This document shows, piece after piece, positions 8,001 to 17,485 of a stretch of DNA of 22,388 nt (positions are counted from its first letter, which is position 1; each line of letters begins with the position of its first letter). Position numbers and translations under genes: made by a program. This stretch comes from Candidatus Xenobia bacterium (GTDB lineage Bacteria; Vulcanimicrobiota; Xenobia; Xenobiales; QWHO01). A model generated the notes under the pieces. It was not told the origin of the DNA and searched no databases. It saw only the letters and a list, made by a program, of their open reading frames with translations. Location: positions 1 through 22,388 of the forward strand of contig BTUM01000111.1 in the NCBI GenBank assembly GCA_045863235.1, written 5' to 3'.

Positions 8001-8885
8001 CGCGTGGCCGGCCGAAGCCGCGAGCAGGTGGCCGCCAGCCTGGCCGACTCTGAGCTTGGTCGCGAAGGGTCCGATTCGCTGCGAGCCCTGGTGGGCGATC
8101 GCCAGGATACCAGCATGCGGACCGAGGACAGCTGGGCCCAGGTGCGCTCGCCCTGGTGGCTGGGTCGCAAGGTCTGGCAGGACAGCCCGGGCGCCGACTA
8201 CAAGCCGCGCGCCGACAGCAGCCTGACCTCGCCCCCGGTCTCGCTGGCCCAGCTCTCCGAGCCGGTGCTGCGCTTCACTGAGCATCACAACCTGGAGAGC
8301 GGTTACGATGCGGTGCGGGTGGAGGTCAGCTCGGACGGCCAGCGCTGGAACGAACTGGAAAGCTACTCGGGCAAGAACATCTTCTCGCGCCGCAAGATCG
8401 ACCTGAGCTCGTATGTGGGGCAGCGGGTGCAGGTGCGCTTCCGGCTGACCTCCGACGGCAGCAACCAGCGCTCGGGCATCAGCCTGGCCAACCCTCGCAT
8501 CGAGGGCACCGACGGCAAGGGCGAGAAGGTCGTGCTGCAGCTCGACGAGCTGCCCCTGGAGGAGGTTACGCCCTACCTCGACCTGGCCGTGGACGGCCAG
8601 CACACGCCGTCGCAGCGCCGCAGCTACCTCGACTTCATGGCCGGGTTGCCCGAGCCGGCCCGCCAGGAGCTGCTGGCCTTCTGCCGCGAGCAGCGCGTCA
8701 GCCTGTCGCGGGCCATCAACGCGCTGCTGCAGGTGCGCCTGACTTCCGACCCGAGCGACAAGGACTGGCTGCGCAAGGCCCTGGCCAGTTTGCCCGGCCT
8801 TCTGACCAGCGAGCAGGCCATCGGCGAGACGGCCGAGCGGGTGACCATCGGGGGAGTGGTGGTCCGTAAGCGCGAGAACGAATAG
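5031..8885 (+). CDS. 1284-aa protein with four InhA-like/MAM-type beta-sandwich domains separated by helical repeats; C-terminal IGGVV-KR motif
   Basis: Four copies of DSPGADY..R.DSSL..P.SL....L.F....SLE.GYD.V.VE.S.DG..W.ELES..G....DL..Y.G..V..RFRL..DGSN...GI at about 5140-5540, 6110-6490, 7095-7490 and 8115-8510. No signal peptide and no protease motif recognised. Confidence 0.88.
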   Translation: MRISDQAGFVLRPRSAAPDRAAAERALAAMRQELEPWKAEGSWASHRSFMFGWAEGFSDSPGADYENRSDSSLTSAPLSLAGVREPRLEFSERHSLESGYDYVRVEVQSLADGRWRELESLTGRNLRSSRSYDLSPYVGASVRVRLRLTSDGSNTASGITTGPIRIVGKGVSFTPAEHCRKAREQLEQLEPAAVLAVYELAQKVQGVAPALALWGDLAPHLGQPDYAARRDALVALSLKSARSAWPALASASPANLPSGLSHVSELVRELGPSGASLLPSLGAAATAEQRQGIIELARREGVEEAARAWPGLQPQQPGLQERLELRELARQAEWDAGELAARQLSARERQAVKSILQAPTGWRPEGTWARTWRGWDDSPGADYENRANSSLGLPVLDLNELSEPKLVFRESHSLEKGYDQVTLEASRDGKSWGELESWTGRAWMKKRQVDLSAYQGGALHLRFRLSADGSNTASGIRIGSMTLEGKREGEEVSLSVEDRSQEVRKLLWQALMQPVGSAREEGLARLEQATRQLGSAREALSLGPSPESELVGLAGKLGSRAAVEVWPSVAALKERPRALACLEELRRHHSPADVARLWKVLAPAADSPDFDRLKSSLTDLASQEGVSAAVRRFSGFALTGVAAVERSVKLHELARRLEPGRSEKLWEELQKSGADPQVLEKLDQHVRDFRPEGTWARVRPASWAFREVWQDSPGADYEPRADSSLVTPPISLGGMRTASVRFWSGFSLERGYDKVGVEVSQDGGQRWNELQSYTGWGGRARRSVNLDEYAGKTVQLRFRLTSDGSNQAGGISLGQLTVLGEDEQGRTLKRVVDPKARETRAELARLACQAPGDLPELEQVAALAGGTRNALGLWSVVRTADPVRRSTAAALAAEVGVESALRSWPSLSACPEAQLPGVLQAARDCNKGWEALASDLLAPDLPERALALNRLVEHLGEEAALQRWPALVASTHGTLADRVEAEELAARLEGRVAGRSREQVAASLADSELGREGSDSLRALVGDRQDTSMRTEDSWAQVRSPWWLGRKVWQDSPGADYKPRADSSLTSPPVSLAQLSEPVLRFTEHHNLESGYDAVRVEVSSDGQRWNELESYSGKNIFSRRKIDLSSYVGQRVQVRFRLTSDGSNQRSGISLANPRIEGTDGKGEKVVLQLDELPLEEVTPYLDLAVDGQHTPSQRRSYLDFMAGLPEPARQELLAFCREQRVSLSRAINALLQVRLTSDPSDKDWLRKALASLPGLLTSEQAIGETAERVTIGGVVVRKRENE

Positions 8886-8995
8886 CTCCTGGCTGGTTGA
8901 ATCTGTGGAGCGCTGATTCGGGATTTCAGCCACTTTCCAAGCCTGAAGCTGAGCCCAGGCCAGGGCAGGCCCGAGCGAGAAGTGTCTTGCCAGGG

Positions 8996-11710
8996 ATGCG
9001 ATGTCAATCCTGTGGCTTTCAACCGGACTCGAGTCACCGCTTCTGCGCCATGTGCGGGCAGCGGCTGGCGGGCGGCGAGCTGGCCGAGCGTCGCTCGCTG
9101 ACCGTCTTGTTCTGCGACCTGGTGGGCTCCACCGCCCTCTCCACCAGGCTCGACCCCGAGGACCTGCGTGAGCTCGTGCGCCAGTACCAGCGGGCCGCAG
9201 CCGCCGTGGTGGAGCGGCTGGAGGGCTACATCGCCCAGTTCCTGGGCGACGGCCTGCTGATCTACTTCGGCTACCCCGTGGCCCACGAAGACGACGCCCA
9301 GCGCGCCGTGCGCTGCGCCCTGGAGCTGCTCGAGAGCGTGCCCACTTCCCTGCAGCTGCGACTGGGGGCTCACACCGGCACCGTGGTGGTGGGCGAGATG
9401 GGCGGCGGCTGGCGACGCGAGCGCCTGGCGATCGGCGACGTGCCCAACCTGGCCGCTCGCCTGCAGAGTCTGGCCGAGCCGGGCACGCTGCTCGTCAGCG
9501 AGGTCACCCGCGATCTGTGCGCCGAGCAGTTTCACACCGAGAGCGTGGGCGAGGTGCTCCTCAAGGGCCTGGCCCGCGAAGTGAGCGTCCATCGGGTGCT
9601 GGGGCGGCGCTCGGCGACGGTGAGGCTGGCTCCCACGTCCTTCGTGGGACGCGGCCGCGAGCTTCAGGTGCTGGAAGCGCTCTGGGAGCAGGTGCAGGCT
9701 GGCGCCTTCCGGCGCGTCAATCTGGTGGGCGAGCCGGGCCTGGGCAAGACCCGCCTGCTGCGCACCTTCTGCCAGCGCTGCCAGGCCCCCATGCTGCTGG
9801 CGCAATGCTCCCCCTATGCCGTGGACCACCCGTTCTTTCCGGTCAAGGAGTGGTTGCGAGCCATCCTGGGCCTGCCCCTCACCCCCACCACCGAGCAGGT
9901 GCGCGCCGCCCTTCCTCCCGGACCGCTGCTGGAGCTTCTTTCGCCCGAGCCCTCCACCCGTTTCGAGCTGGGCGAGATCCTGACCCACCTGACCGGATTT
10001 TTGGACGATTTCTGCCAGCGCCAGCCGACTCTCCTGGTGCTCGAGGACGCTCACTGGATCGACCTGTCCAGCCGCTTGCTGCTCACCCGCCTGGGCGCTC
10101 AGAGGGCCCTTTTGCTGGTCGCCGGGCGCACCTTGCCCGACTCGGACGGGGAGGTCATCCGATTGCAGCCCATGACCGTAGAGCAGATGGAGGTCTTGCT
10201 CCAGACCCTGCTGCCCGACCTGGAGCCGGCCAGTTGCCAGGCGCTCGCCCGACGCTGCGACGGCAACCCGCTCTTTGGCGAAGAACTCGCCCGCTCGAGC
10301 CGGGCCGGGCAGAGCGAGCTGCCCACCTCGCTGCAAGGCCTGTTGCTCTCGCGCCTGGATCAGTTGCCGTCCTCGCGTCGCCTGGCCCAGGTGGCCTCGG
10401 TGATCGGTCGACATTTCCCCCTGGACGTGCTGGGAGCACTGTGCGAGGCCCCGCTGGAGCCGGCCCTGTCCGAGCTGGTGCAAGCGGGGGTGCTGGAGCG
10501 GTGGGGCGAAAGCGCCGGGTTCCGTCACGCCCTGATGCAGGAGGCGGCCTACCAGACCCTGCTGCATAGCGACCGCCAGAAGCTCCATCTGACGCTGGCT
10601 CGCTTGCTGGAGAGCCACTTTCCGGCTCTGGCCCGGACTCGTCCGGAGATGCTGGCTCATCACTATCGTCAGGCCCGCCAGTTGGAGCAGGCCAGCTTGC
10701 TGTGGGAGGAGGCTGCTCGGCAGTCTGTGCGGCGGGGTGCCAATGTCGAGGCCTTGCGGCACCTGGACCGGGCCCTTGAAGGGGTGGGTGAGCCCGAGCG
10801 CGAGCTGATCCTGATCAGCCAGCGCATCGGCCCCCTGATCGGGACCGAAGGTTACGCCAGCGAGGAGGTAGCCGGCATTGCGGCCCGGGCTCAGGAGCTG
10901 AGCCGGGCCCTCGAGCATCCACCTTTTGCCGCCCTGCGCGGTTTGTGGGCCTACCACCTGGTGCGCGCTGAGCTGAAGGACGCCAGCGACCTGGCCGCCC
11001 GTCTGCGAGCCATGGCCGCCGAGGGCCCGCCTGGCTGGGCGGTGGAGGCCGAGCTGGCCAGCGGCATCACGGCCGCACACATGGGCGCAACGGAGCTTTC
11101 TTTGGACCACCTGGAGCGCTCTTTGCGGCTGGGTGGCCGTCTTGATCCCGAGGCCGTGCGCCTCTACGGGCAGGACCCGGTCGTCCTGGGGCGGGCCCAT
11201 CTGGCCTGGCAACTGGCCCTCCAGGGCCAGGCCGAGGAGGCCCGGTTGGAACTGCGCCGTCTCCGCTCGCGCAGCCTCATCCACCCTTTCAGCCACATCA
11301 TTGCCCGGGTCTTCACGGCGACCGTGGCGCACCTGCTCGAGCAACCCCGCACGGCCCTGCGCGCCGCTTCCGAGGCTCGCGAGCTGTGTGCGCGCCACGA
11401 CTCGCGCCACTGGCTTGGCCTGGCTACCGGACTGGAGGGCTGGGGTCGCTCTCGCCTGGGCCAGCCCGAGCGGGGCCTGGAGATGGTTCGTGAGGGCTAC
11501 CGCTACCGGGCCGAGTCCGGGGCGCGGGTCAGCCTGGCCCATCTCAAGCTGCTGGAGGCCGATTGCCTGGTTGTGCTGGGGCTCGCCGGTGAGGCCGTGG
11601 CGGCCGCCCACAGGGGACTTGAGCTGGCCGAGTCGCATGGCGAGCCGGCCTACAGCAGCCGCTTGCGCGAGCTCATTCGATCCGCCGGGGGAGCGGTGGC
11701 TCCGGGCTGA
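8996..11710 (+). CDS. Zinc-ribbon + class III adenylate/guanylate cyclase + STAND (AAA_16-like) ATPase + TPR-like protein
   Basis: Start moved to ATG 8996 (MRCQSC...FCAMCG). Cyclase motifs LFCDLVGST, FLGDG, GAHTG, GDVPNLAARLQ; Walker A GEPGLGKT; Walker B LLVLEDAHW; GNPLF; FRHAL; helical C-terminus. Confidence 0.93.
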   Translation: MRCQSCGFQPDSSHRFCAMCGQRLAGGELAERRSLTVLFCDLVGSTALSTRLDPEDLRELVRQYQRAAAAVVERLEGYIAQFLGDGLLIYFGYPVAHEDDAQRAVRCALELLESVPTSLQLRLGAHTGTVVVGEMGGGWRRERLAIGDVPNLAARLQSLAEPGTLLVSEVTRDLCAEQFHTESVGEVLLKGLAREVSVHRVLGRRSATVRLAPTSFVGRGRELQVLEALWEQVQAGAFRRVNLVGEPGLGKTRLLRTFCQRCQAPMLLAQCSPYAVDHPFFPVKEWLRAILGLPLTPTTEQVRAALPPGPLLELLSPEPSTRFELGEILTHLTGFLDDFCQRQPTLLVLEDAHWIDLSSRLLLTRLGAQRALLLVAGRTLPDSDGEVIRLQPMTVEQMEVLLQTLLPDLEPASCQALARRCDGNPLFGEELARSSRAGQSELPTSLQGLLLSRLDQLPSSRRLAQVASVIGRHFPLDVLGALCEAPLEPALSELVQAGVLERWGESAGFRHALMQEAAYQTLLHSDRQKLHLTLARLLESHFPALARTRPEMLAHHYRQARQLEQASLLWEEAARQSVRRGANVEALRHLDRALEGVGEPERELILISQRIGPLIGTEGYASEEVAGIAARAQELSRALEHPPFAALRGLWAYHLVRAELKDASDLAARLRAMAAEGPPGWAVEAELASGITAAHMGATELSLDHLERSLRLGGRLDPEAVRLYGQDPVVLGRAHLAWQLALQGQAEEARLELRRLRSRSLIHPFSHIIARVFTATVAHLLEQPRTALRAASEARELCARHDSRHWLGLATGLEGWGRSRLGQPERGLEMVREGYRYRAESGARVSLAHLKLLEADCLVVLGLAGEAVAAAHRGLELAESHGEPAYSSRLRELIRSAGGAVAPG

Positions 11711-11725
11711 CCCGCGGCTTCCTGC

Positions 11726-11752
11726 GGGAACCTTTCTCACTCGGGGTCATTG
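11726..11752 (+). promoter_or_regulatory. ECF-sigma promoter upstream of doxX-like gene
   Basis: GGGAACCTT-N11-GTCATTG; identical motif and spacing at 19078-19104 and 22141-22167. Confidence 0.8.
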
Positions 11753-11806
11753 ATTTGAAGTGGAGGGCAATCCCCTCCCCAGAATCAGACTTCGGAGGAT
11801 GTCACC

Positions 11807-12283
11807 ATGCTCAAGACTTTGGACGGTTATCTGCAGTGGCTCAGCTTTGCCCCCCCTTTTCTGGCGCGGATGGTGCTGGGATTTGGATTTTTCCTGACGG
11901 GATCGGGCAAGCTGGCCCACCTGGATCGCTTTAGCGAGTTCCTCTCGTCGCTGGGAGTCCCGTTTGCCTCCTTGCAGGCGCCGCTGATCGCAGGGTTGGA
12001 GTTTGGGGGCGGGATCTTGCTGCTGCTCGGTCTGGCGACCCGGCCGATCGCCTTTCTGCTGAGCGGCACGATGGCGGTGGCCCTGCTGACAGCGGATCGG
12101 ATGCGGTTTGTGGAGTCCTGGTCGCGCTCGAGCGACATCGTGCCCACCGATGTCACCGCTTTCGCCTATCTCTTGCTGCTCAGCTGGCTGGTGGTCTATG
12201 GGGCGGGAGCGGTCAGCCTCGACCGTCTGCTGGCCCGCCAGTGGACCTTTGCGCCGCCCCAGCCCTCATCGGTACTGGGATAG
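11807..12283 (+). CDS. DoxX-family membrane protein
   Basis: SD GGAGG; motifs ARMVLGFGFFLTGSGKL, EFGGGILLLLGLATR, GAGAVSLD; four hydrophobic segments. Confidence 0.92.
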   Translation: MLKTLDGYLQWLSFAPPFLARMVLGFGFFLTGSGKLAHLDRFSEFLSSLGVPFASLQAPLIAGLEFGGGILLLLGLATRPIAFLLSGTMAVALLTADRMRFVESWSRSSDIVPTDVTAFAYLLLLSWLVVYGAGAVSLDRLLARQWTFAPPQPSSVLG

Positions 12284-12284
12284 G

Positions 12285-12545
12285 TCAGGTGGAGGGGTCT
12301 TGCTCGGCTGCCCGCAAGGCAGCCGAGATTTTTTCTTGCAGACCGGGGGGAAGTGCGGCTGGCTTGAGCTTATGGCGCACTTCCTCGAGCAGGCTGCGCT
12401 CGAAGGTATACTCCTCCAGGCAGACGGCGCACTGCTTCAGGTGCTCCTCCATCAAAGCGCTCTCCCGGGCGGTCAGCTCGGAGTCGAGGAAGTCGGCCAG
12501 GCGACGAAAGAACTGCTCGCAGGTGTAGTGGTCGGGAATGGTCAT
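12285..12545 (-). CDS. Zinc-binding (zf-HC2/ZAS, RsrA/RshA-like) soluble anti-sigma factor
   Basis: CEQF...LADFLDSEL...EEHLKQCAVC (HxxxCxxC); ATGA overlap with the sigma stop codon; no TM segment. Confidence 0.92.
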   Translation of the reverse strand: MTIPDHYTCEQFFRRLADFLDSELTARESALMEEHLKQCAVCLEEYTFERSLLEEVRHKLKPAALPPGLQEKISAALRAAEQDPST

Positions 12546-13120
12546 GCGAATCGGCCGCTCCTGTCGTCGCTGAATTCTCCCAGGCGTTGCTGGAGTTGCT
12601 TGCGACCGCGGTGGAGGCGCGAGCGGACCGTTCCGACGGGAACTCCCACCGCGTCGGCAATTTCCTGGTAGCTCATCTCGTTGAGGAAGTAGAGCGTACA
12701 GACCAGACGGAACTCCTCGGCCAGCTCTCCCAGGGCCAGATGCACCTGCTCGTGGCTGAGCCGGGCGAGCACCTCCCGCGCCGGATCCTTGCCCGGTTGC
12801 TGGAAGAGCCCGCTCTCTCGGGCCTTGCTGTAGAGATAGAGGTCGCCTGCCTCCTCCACGCTGACGAGCTCGGGCCGGCGTTTCTGCTGGCGATATTCTT
12901 CCAGATACAGATTGGTCAGGATGCGCAAGAACCAGGCTCGGAAGTTGGTGCCTTCCTGGAAGGTGTGGAAGGAGCGGAAGGCGCGCAGGGAGGCCTCCTG
13001 CACCAGGTTCTCGGCCCGGTCGGGACAGCGGGCCAGGTGGCGGGCAGTGGCGTAGGCGTTGGTCAGAACCGGGATGAGCAGGCGCTCGAAGCGGTCGGCT
13101 GCCGTCAGGGTCTCGCTCAC
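12542..13120 (-). CDS. ECF RNA polymerase sigma factor, SigH/SigR-like
   Basis: Start GTG 13120 (GTGA overlap with upstream stop). Region 2 AENLVQEASLRAFRSFHTFQEGTNFRAWFLRILTN; region 4 MSYQEIADAVGVPVGTVRSRLHRGR. Confidence 0.93.
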   Translation of the reverse strand: MSETLTAADRFERLLIPVLTNAYATARHLARCPDRAENLVQEASLRAFRSFHTFQEGTNFRAWFLRILTNLYLEEYRQQKRRPELVSVEEAGDLYLYSKARESGLFQQPGKDPAREVLARLSHEQVHLALGELAEEFRLVCTLYFLNEMSYQEIADAVGVPVGTVRSRLHRGRKQLQQRLGEFSDDRSGRFA

Positions 13121-13803
13121 GCCGCCCCCCACACCGGTCCGTATAAGGAGCCTTCCGATTCGAGCTGCGAGCGATCCAAATTGAGGCAACCGGCCAGTAC
13201 TGTGCGAGCCAGGATCGCCCCCTGGAACCGGCAACTCGCCAGGTCGGCCCCGTTGAAATTGGCCAGCGTCAGGTCGGAGTCGGAGAGGTCGGCATGGCGC
13301 AGGCGGGCCAGGGTCAGGTCGGCCTCCACCAGCTCGGCCCCCCGCAGCAGGGCACCAGAAAGGTCGGCCCGGGTGAGCCGGGCGGCCCACAGCTGGGCTC
13401 CAGTCAGGTTGGCACCGGGCAATCTGGCCTCGGACAGGTCGGCCCGTTGCAGGTAAGCGCTCTCGAGCGTGGCGCGACTGAAGTCTGCCCAGCGCGCCGC
13501 CACGCCTTCGAGCCGGGCCCCGATCAGTCGGGCTGCGGCCAGCCTCGTGGCCAGCAATACGGCACGGCTCAGGTCGGCCCCCGTGAGGTCGCACCCCCCC
13601 ATCTCCGCGTTGGTCAGCTCGGCGGTCACCAGCCTCGCGGACCGGAGGGTGGCCCCCGTGAGGTCGGCGTTGCCCAGGTCGACGCCCCGAAGGTCGAGAC
13701 CGGAAAGGTCGGCCTGGCGCAGATCGGCATAAGCAAGCGAGGCGCCGGGCTCGAGCAGGCCCAACTCGGCGCCGGTGATGCGATGACGAACCGTCCGCTT
13801 CAT
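13117..13803 (-). CDS. Pentapeptide-repeat protein
   Basis: Continuous A(D/N/E/R)LxG/A pentamers (ADLRQ ADLSG ... ADLTG ATLRS ... ANLTG). Confidence 0.95.
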   Translation of the reverse strand: MKRTVRHRITGAELGLLEPGASLAYADLRQADLSGLDLRGVDLGNADLTGATLRSARLVTAELTNAEMGGCDLTGADLSRAVLLATRLAAARLIGARLEGVAARWADFSRATLESAYLQRADLSEARLPGANLTGAQLWAARLTRADLSGALLRGAELVEADLTLARLRHADLSDSDLTLANFNGADLASCRFQGAILARTVLAGCLNLDRSQLESEGSLYGPVWGAA

Positions 13804-13842
13804 GCTCGCGACGGTTCGCCAACGCCTGCGACCTTCCTGGCG

Positions 13843-16434
13843 TCAGGACACACTCCCCGTAAGCGCGCGCACGCGGGCCACCCGCTCGAGGCACGAGGCC
13901 ACCAGCGCTGTCCAGCCGGTCTGGTGGCTGGCCCCCAGACCGCGTCCGGTATCGCCGTGGAAATACTCATGGAATAAGATCAGGTCACTCCACTCGGCCG
14001 CGTATCGAGAATTCTCCCCATGGCACGGGCGTTTGCCGTCAGGTCCGGGAAGGAATAACTTGCTCAGTCGGCTCCAGAGGTCCACCGCTCGGCTGGCATA
14101 GCCGGCCCGGTAGAACCGGTCCATCCGATCCAGAGCTTCAGCTAGCAGGTAGTTGACTGGAAACCACACGGGGCCGCGCCAGTTGGAGTTCCCGCCGAAC
14201 AGCCCGGTTTGCGATTCCCCGGGCTCATAGTCCACGCGGAACTCGACCCCGCCCAGCTCCACCGCGTAAGGCTGGTGGGCATGGGCTCGCGACAGAGAGC
14301 GGAGGCCATAGGGCGAGAGGAACTCTTCTTCGTCGAACATGCGATCCATGAGCCGGGGCAGCCGCTCGGGAGGAACCAGAGAGAGCAGCAGCTGGTCGTG
14401 GTCCTGGCGGACGTGTCGAGCGAGCTCTCCGGAGTTGCCCAGGAACCATTGCAGACGCTTCCAGAACCCCGGCAGCTTTTCGAGTTCCGAGCGCTTGAGC
14501 ACTTCGACCGCGATCAAAGGCATCAGGCCCACCAGCGAGCGCGCTTTGAGGGGCACGGGTCCTGTCTCGGTGCGGACGACGTCGTAGTAGAAGGCGTCCT
14601 GCTCGTCCCAGACATCCAGCCGATTCATCGCATGGGTGATGGCCACGAAATGTTCGAAGAACTTGGAGGCTATGTCCTCATAACTCTGGTTGGTGCGCGC
14701 GAGCTCCAGAGCGATGGTCAGCATCCTGAGACAGAAAAAGGCCACCCAGCTCGTAGCGTCCGACTGCTCGAGGCGGCCGAGCTCGGTCGGGAAGCGCGAG
14801 CGGTCCAGAACGCCCACGTTGTCCAGACCCAGGAAGCCTCCGCCGAAGATGTTGTTCCCGTCCTGGTCGGTGCGGTTGACCCACCAGGTGAAGTTCAGCA
14901 GGAGCTTGTGAAAGACGCGCTCGAGAAACTCGCGGTCAGGCTCGGGCTGCGAGCGGTAGATCCGGAGGGCTGCCCAGGCGTGCACGGGCGGGTTGACATC
15001 GCTGAAGTTGAACTCATAGGCCGGGATCTGCCCGTTGGGATGCATGTACCACTCGCGCAGGAGCAGCAACAGCTGCTGTTTGGCAAAGTGAGGGTCGACC
15101 CGCGCCAGAGGAACGACCTGGAAGGCCAGGTCCCAGGCGGCGTACCACGGATACTCCCACTTGTCGGGCATGCTGATCACATCGCGGTTGTAGAGGTGGC
15201 CCCACTCGTTATTGCGCCCTGTAAGACGCTCAGCTGGAGGGGAGGGCTCGGTAGGGTCTCCCCCGAGCCATGGCTCCACGGCGTAGTGGTAGAATTGCTT
15301 GGACCAGAGCAGGCCCGCATAGGCCTGCCGTGCAACGTTTCGCTCCTCGGCCGAGAGCCCCGGCGGCAGCCTGCGCTCGTAGAACAGGTCGGCTTCTCGT
15401 TCGCGCTCAAGAAACGCGGACGCGAAAGAGGGGCCGAAGGCCTCGCCCGACTCCCCGATGGTGAGCCGCAATCGGACCTCGGCGCTTCCCCCGGCGGGAA
15501 CGTTCAGCGAGTAGAGAACGGCGGCTTTGGTGCCCTCCTGACGAGGATTGACGGCCTCTTGCTCGCCCCCCACCAGGTAGCGGTGAAAGGCATCCTTGAC
15601 GTAGCTGTGGCGGTTCTTTACTCCCCAGAGGAGCTCGCGGTTGCTCTCGTTCTCCGTAAAAAGCAGCTCGGGAGGCTCGCCCGTGGGAGAGAGGTCGGGC
15701 TCGAGCCGGCCGCTTCCGAGCTCGCCGTGCTCGAAGGCGATGGAGCCGCCCTGGTTCCAGAGCCTGGGCCTGGGTGAGTATCCCTCTCCTTGGCGGCCCC
15801 AGCTCCAGGTATTGCGGAACCACAACTGGGGAAGCAGCCACACCGGCGCTTGCCGCGGCCCGCGATTGTAGACGCGGAACCGGATCAAGAGGTCGTCAGG
15901 CCCGGCCTTGGCATATTCCACGAAAACATCGAAGTAGCGGTTGTCTTGGAAGGCTCCCGTGTCCTCGAGCTCGTGCTCAGGCTCATGGCGGCCCCGGGAG
16001 CGGCTCAGGTCCTGGTAAGGAAACTCTCGCTGCGGATACTTGTAGAGCGCCCGCATGAAGCTGTGGGTTGGCGTTGCGTCGAGGTAGTAATAGCACTCCT
16101 TGACGTCCTCGCCGTGGTTGCCTTCGGGGCCGGTCAGTCCGTAGAGGCGTTCTTTGAGGATCGGGTCGCGTCCGTTCCAAAGCGCCAGTGAGAAACAAAG
16201 TCGGGCCTGGCGGTCGCAAAACCCGAGCAGGCCGTCCTCGCCCCAGCGATAGACCCGAGAGCGGGCGTGGTCGTGGGGGAAGTGGCCCCAGGTATCGCCG
16301 TCGGCAGAGTAGTCCTCGCGCACGGTCGCCCACTGGCGCTCGGCCAGATAGGGCCCCCATCGCTTCCAGTTCAGCTCGCGACGGTGATCTTGCTCCAATC
16401 GGAGCGACTCGCGGTCAGGTCCAGCGAAAGACAT
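13843..16434 (-). CDS. GH63/MGH1-like glycoside hydrolase (glucosidase)
   Basis: Motifs [73 protein letters not shown]. Start set at ATG 16434 behind SD AAGGAGG (ORF track start 16455). Confidence 0.93.
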   Translation of the reverse strand: MSFAGPDRESLRLEQDHRRELNWKRWGPYLAERQWATVREDYSADGDTWGHFPHDHARSRVYRWGEDGLLGFCDRQARLCFSLALWNGRDPILKERLYGLTGPEGNHGEDVKECYYYLDATPTHSFMRALYKYPQREFPYQDLSRSRGRHEPEHELEDTGAFQDNRYFDVFVEYAKAGPDDLLIRFRVYNRGPRQAPVWLLPQLWFRNTWSWGRQGEGYSPRPRLWNQGGSIAFEHGELGSGRLEPDLSPTGEPPELLFTENESNRELLWGVKNRHSYVKDAFHRYLVGGEQEAVNPRQEGTKAAVLYSLNVPAGGSAEVRLRLTIGESGEAFGPSFASAFLEREREADLFYERRLPPGLSAEERNVARQAYAGLLWSKQFYHYAVEPWLGGDPTEPSPPAERLTGRNNEWGHLYNRDVISMPDKWEYPWYAAWDLAFQVVPLARVDPHFAKQQLLLLLREWYMHPNGQIPAYEFNFSDVNPPVHAWAALRIYRSQPEPDREFLERVFHKLLLNFTWWVNRTDQDGNNIFGGGFLGLDNVGVLDRSRFPTELGRLEQSDATSWVAFFCLRMLTIALELARTNQSYEDIASKFFEHFVAITHAMNRLDVWDEQDAFYYDVVRTETGPVPLKARSLVGLMPLIAVEVLKRSELEKLPGFWKRLQWFLGNSGELARHVRQDHDQLLLSLVPPERLPRLMDRMFDEEEFLSPYGLRSLSRAHAHQPYAVELGGVEFRVDYEPGESQTGLFGGNSNWRGPVWFPVNYLLAEALDRMDRFYRAGYASRAVDLWSRLSKLFLPGPDGKRPCHGENSRYAAEWSDLILFHEYFHGDTGRGLGASHQTGWTALVASCLERVARVRALTGSVS

Positions 16435-17485
16435 TCTTGATTCCTCCTTTGCCATTGAGCAAGACTTGCCGGTAGTCGGCCACGGGAAACCTTCCCGTGA
16501 TCAGGCTGTCGAGCGCCTCAGGAAAGAGCCGGCGGAACTCGGCCAGGTCGCGCACGGCGTTCTCGAACCCGTCGCGACCCGAGTTGACGGTGCCGAATAC
16601 CACCTGGTTCTTGAGCACGAGTCTGCGCATGAGGTCGCCAGACTCAAGGTTGATCGCGCCCTTGCGTCCAGGCACACCTGTGAAGCAAAAGATCCCGTTG
16701 GGCCCCAGGAGCTCGATAGCCGCAAAGGCCAGCTCGGACGCGCCCACGGCTTCGTAGATGAAGTCGACCTCTTTGATGTCAGCCAGCGGACCCGGGTGAT
16801 AGGTCGCACCCAGGCTTTCGACCAGGCGAGCGCGGGGGCTGCCGGCGGGGTCGCGCGAGTAGACCGTGGTCGCAAAGCCCCGCGCCTGGAATAGCATGGC
16901 CCCAAGCAACCCCACCGGCCCGGCACCCAGAACCAGTGCCCGGAGCGGGCGGTCCGAGGTTTGCCAGGGCAGTCGCTCCTGCACATCGTGCACCTGCAGT
17001 AGAGCCTTCTCTGCGATCGTGAGCGGCTCGACCAGTACTCCCCAGGGCCTGAGCGCCTCGGGAACCCGGATCAGATAACGCTCGTCCTCCACCACCAGCT
17101 CGGTGTTGAACCCGTGCAGCCCTTTGATGCCGCGCTCCGAGAACTCGCCGGTGAAGCAAAAGTCCTGCCTTCCTACTTGACAGGCGGGGCACTCGCTGCG
17201 CTGGCAGGGTCTGCGCACCGTCGGCACGACCAGGTCGCCGAGCCGCAGCGAGGTGACCTGGCTTCCGACCTCGAGCACGCGCGCCAGCGACTCGTGCCCG
17301 ATCACCAGGTATTCCTCGCCGGGCGGCGGGGTGCCGTAGTGAAACTCGCAGATCTCACGATCGGTGCCGCAGATCCCGACTTCCAGGATGCGCAGCTTGA
17401 CCTGCGTGGGGGTTTCCAGGCGGGGTTCGGGTAGCTCGATCAGCTCCACCTGGTGAGCTGATGGCCTGACTGCAAGGGCTTTCAT
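16415..17485 (-). CDS. Zn-dependent glucose 1-dehydrogenase-like MDR oxidoreductase
   Basis: [25 protein letters not shown].....[40 protein letters not shown] overlap with GMC stop. Confidence 0.92.
   Translation of the reverse strand: MKALAVRPSAHQVELIELPEPRLETPTQVKLRILEVGICGTDREICEFHYGTPPPGEEYLVIGHESLARVLEVGSQVTSLRLGDLVVPTVRRPCQRSECPACQVGRQDFCFTGEFSERGIKGLHGFNTELVVEDERYLIRVPEALRPWGVLVEPLTIAEKALLQVHDVQERLPWQTSDRPLRALVLGAGPVGLLGAMLFQARGFATTVYSRDPAGSPRARLVESLGATYHPGPLADIKEVDFIYEAVGASELAFAAIELLGPNGIFCFTGVPGRKGAINLESGDLMRRLVLKNQVVFGTVNSGRDGFENAVRDLAEFRRLFPEALDSLITGRFPVADYRQVLLNGKGGIKNVFRWT

Noticed and set aside
5140..8510. DGR template/variable repeats among the four similar DNA segments
   Set aside because: They are in-frame domain duplications within one gene, differences are not adenine-specific, and no reverse transcriptase is present.
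2182..11740. Long antisense ORFs (2182-4533, 5004-7085, 7851-8933, 8624-11740)
   Set aside because: Shadow frames of GC-rich genes with clear domains on the opposite strand.
11807..13120. Complete bufferin-type cluster (DoxX + ECF + anti-sigma)
   Set aside because: No DUF692 or DUF2063 gene in the window, the anti-sigma is a soluble ZAS type rather than NrsF-like, and the Cys-rich peptide is ~9 kb away.
13117..13803. Qnr/MfpA quinolone-resistance call
   Set aside because: Generic pentapeptide repeats only; no family-specific features recognised.
12542..13894. 450-aa N-terminally extended sigma factor
   Set aside because: The extension is an alternate frame of the pentapeptide gene; the sigma domain begins at GTG 13120 with a GTGA overlap.
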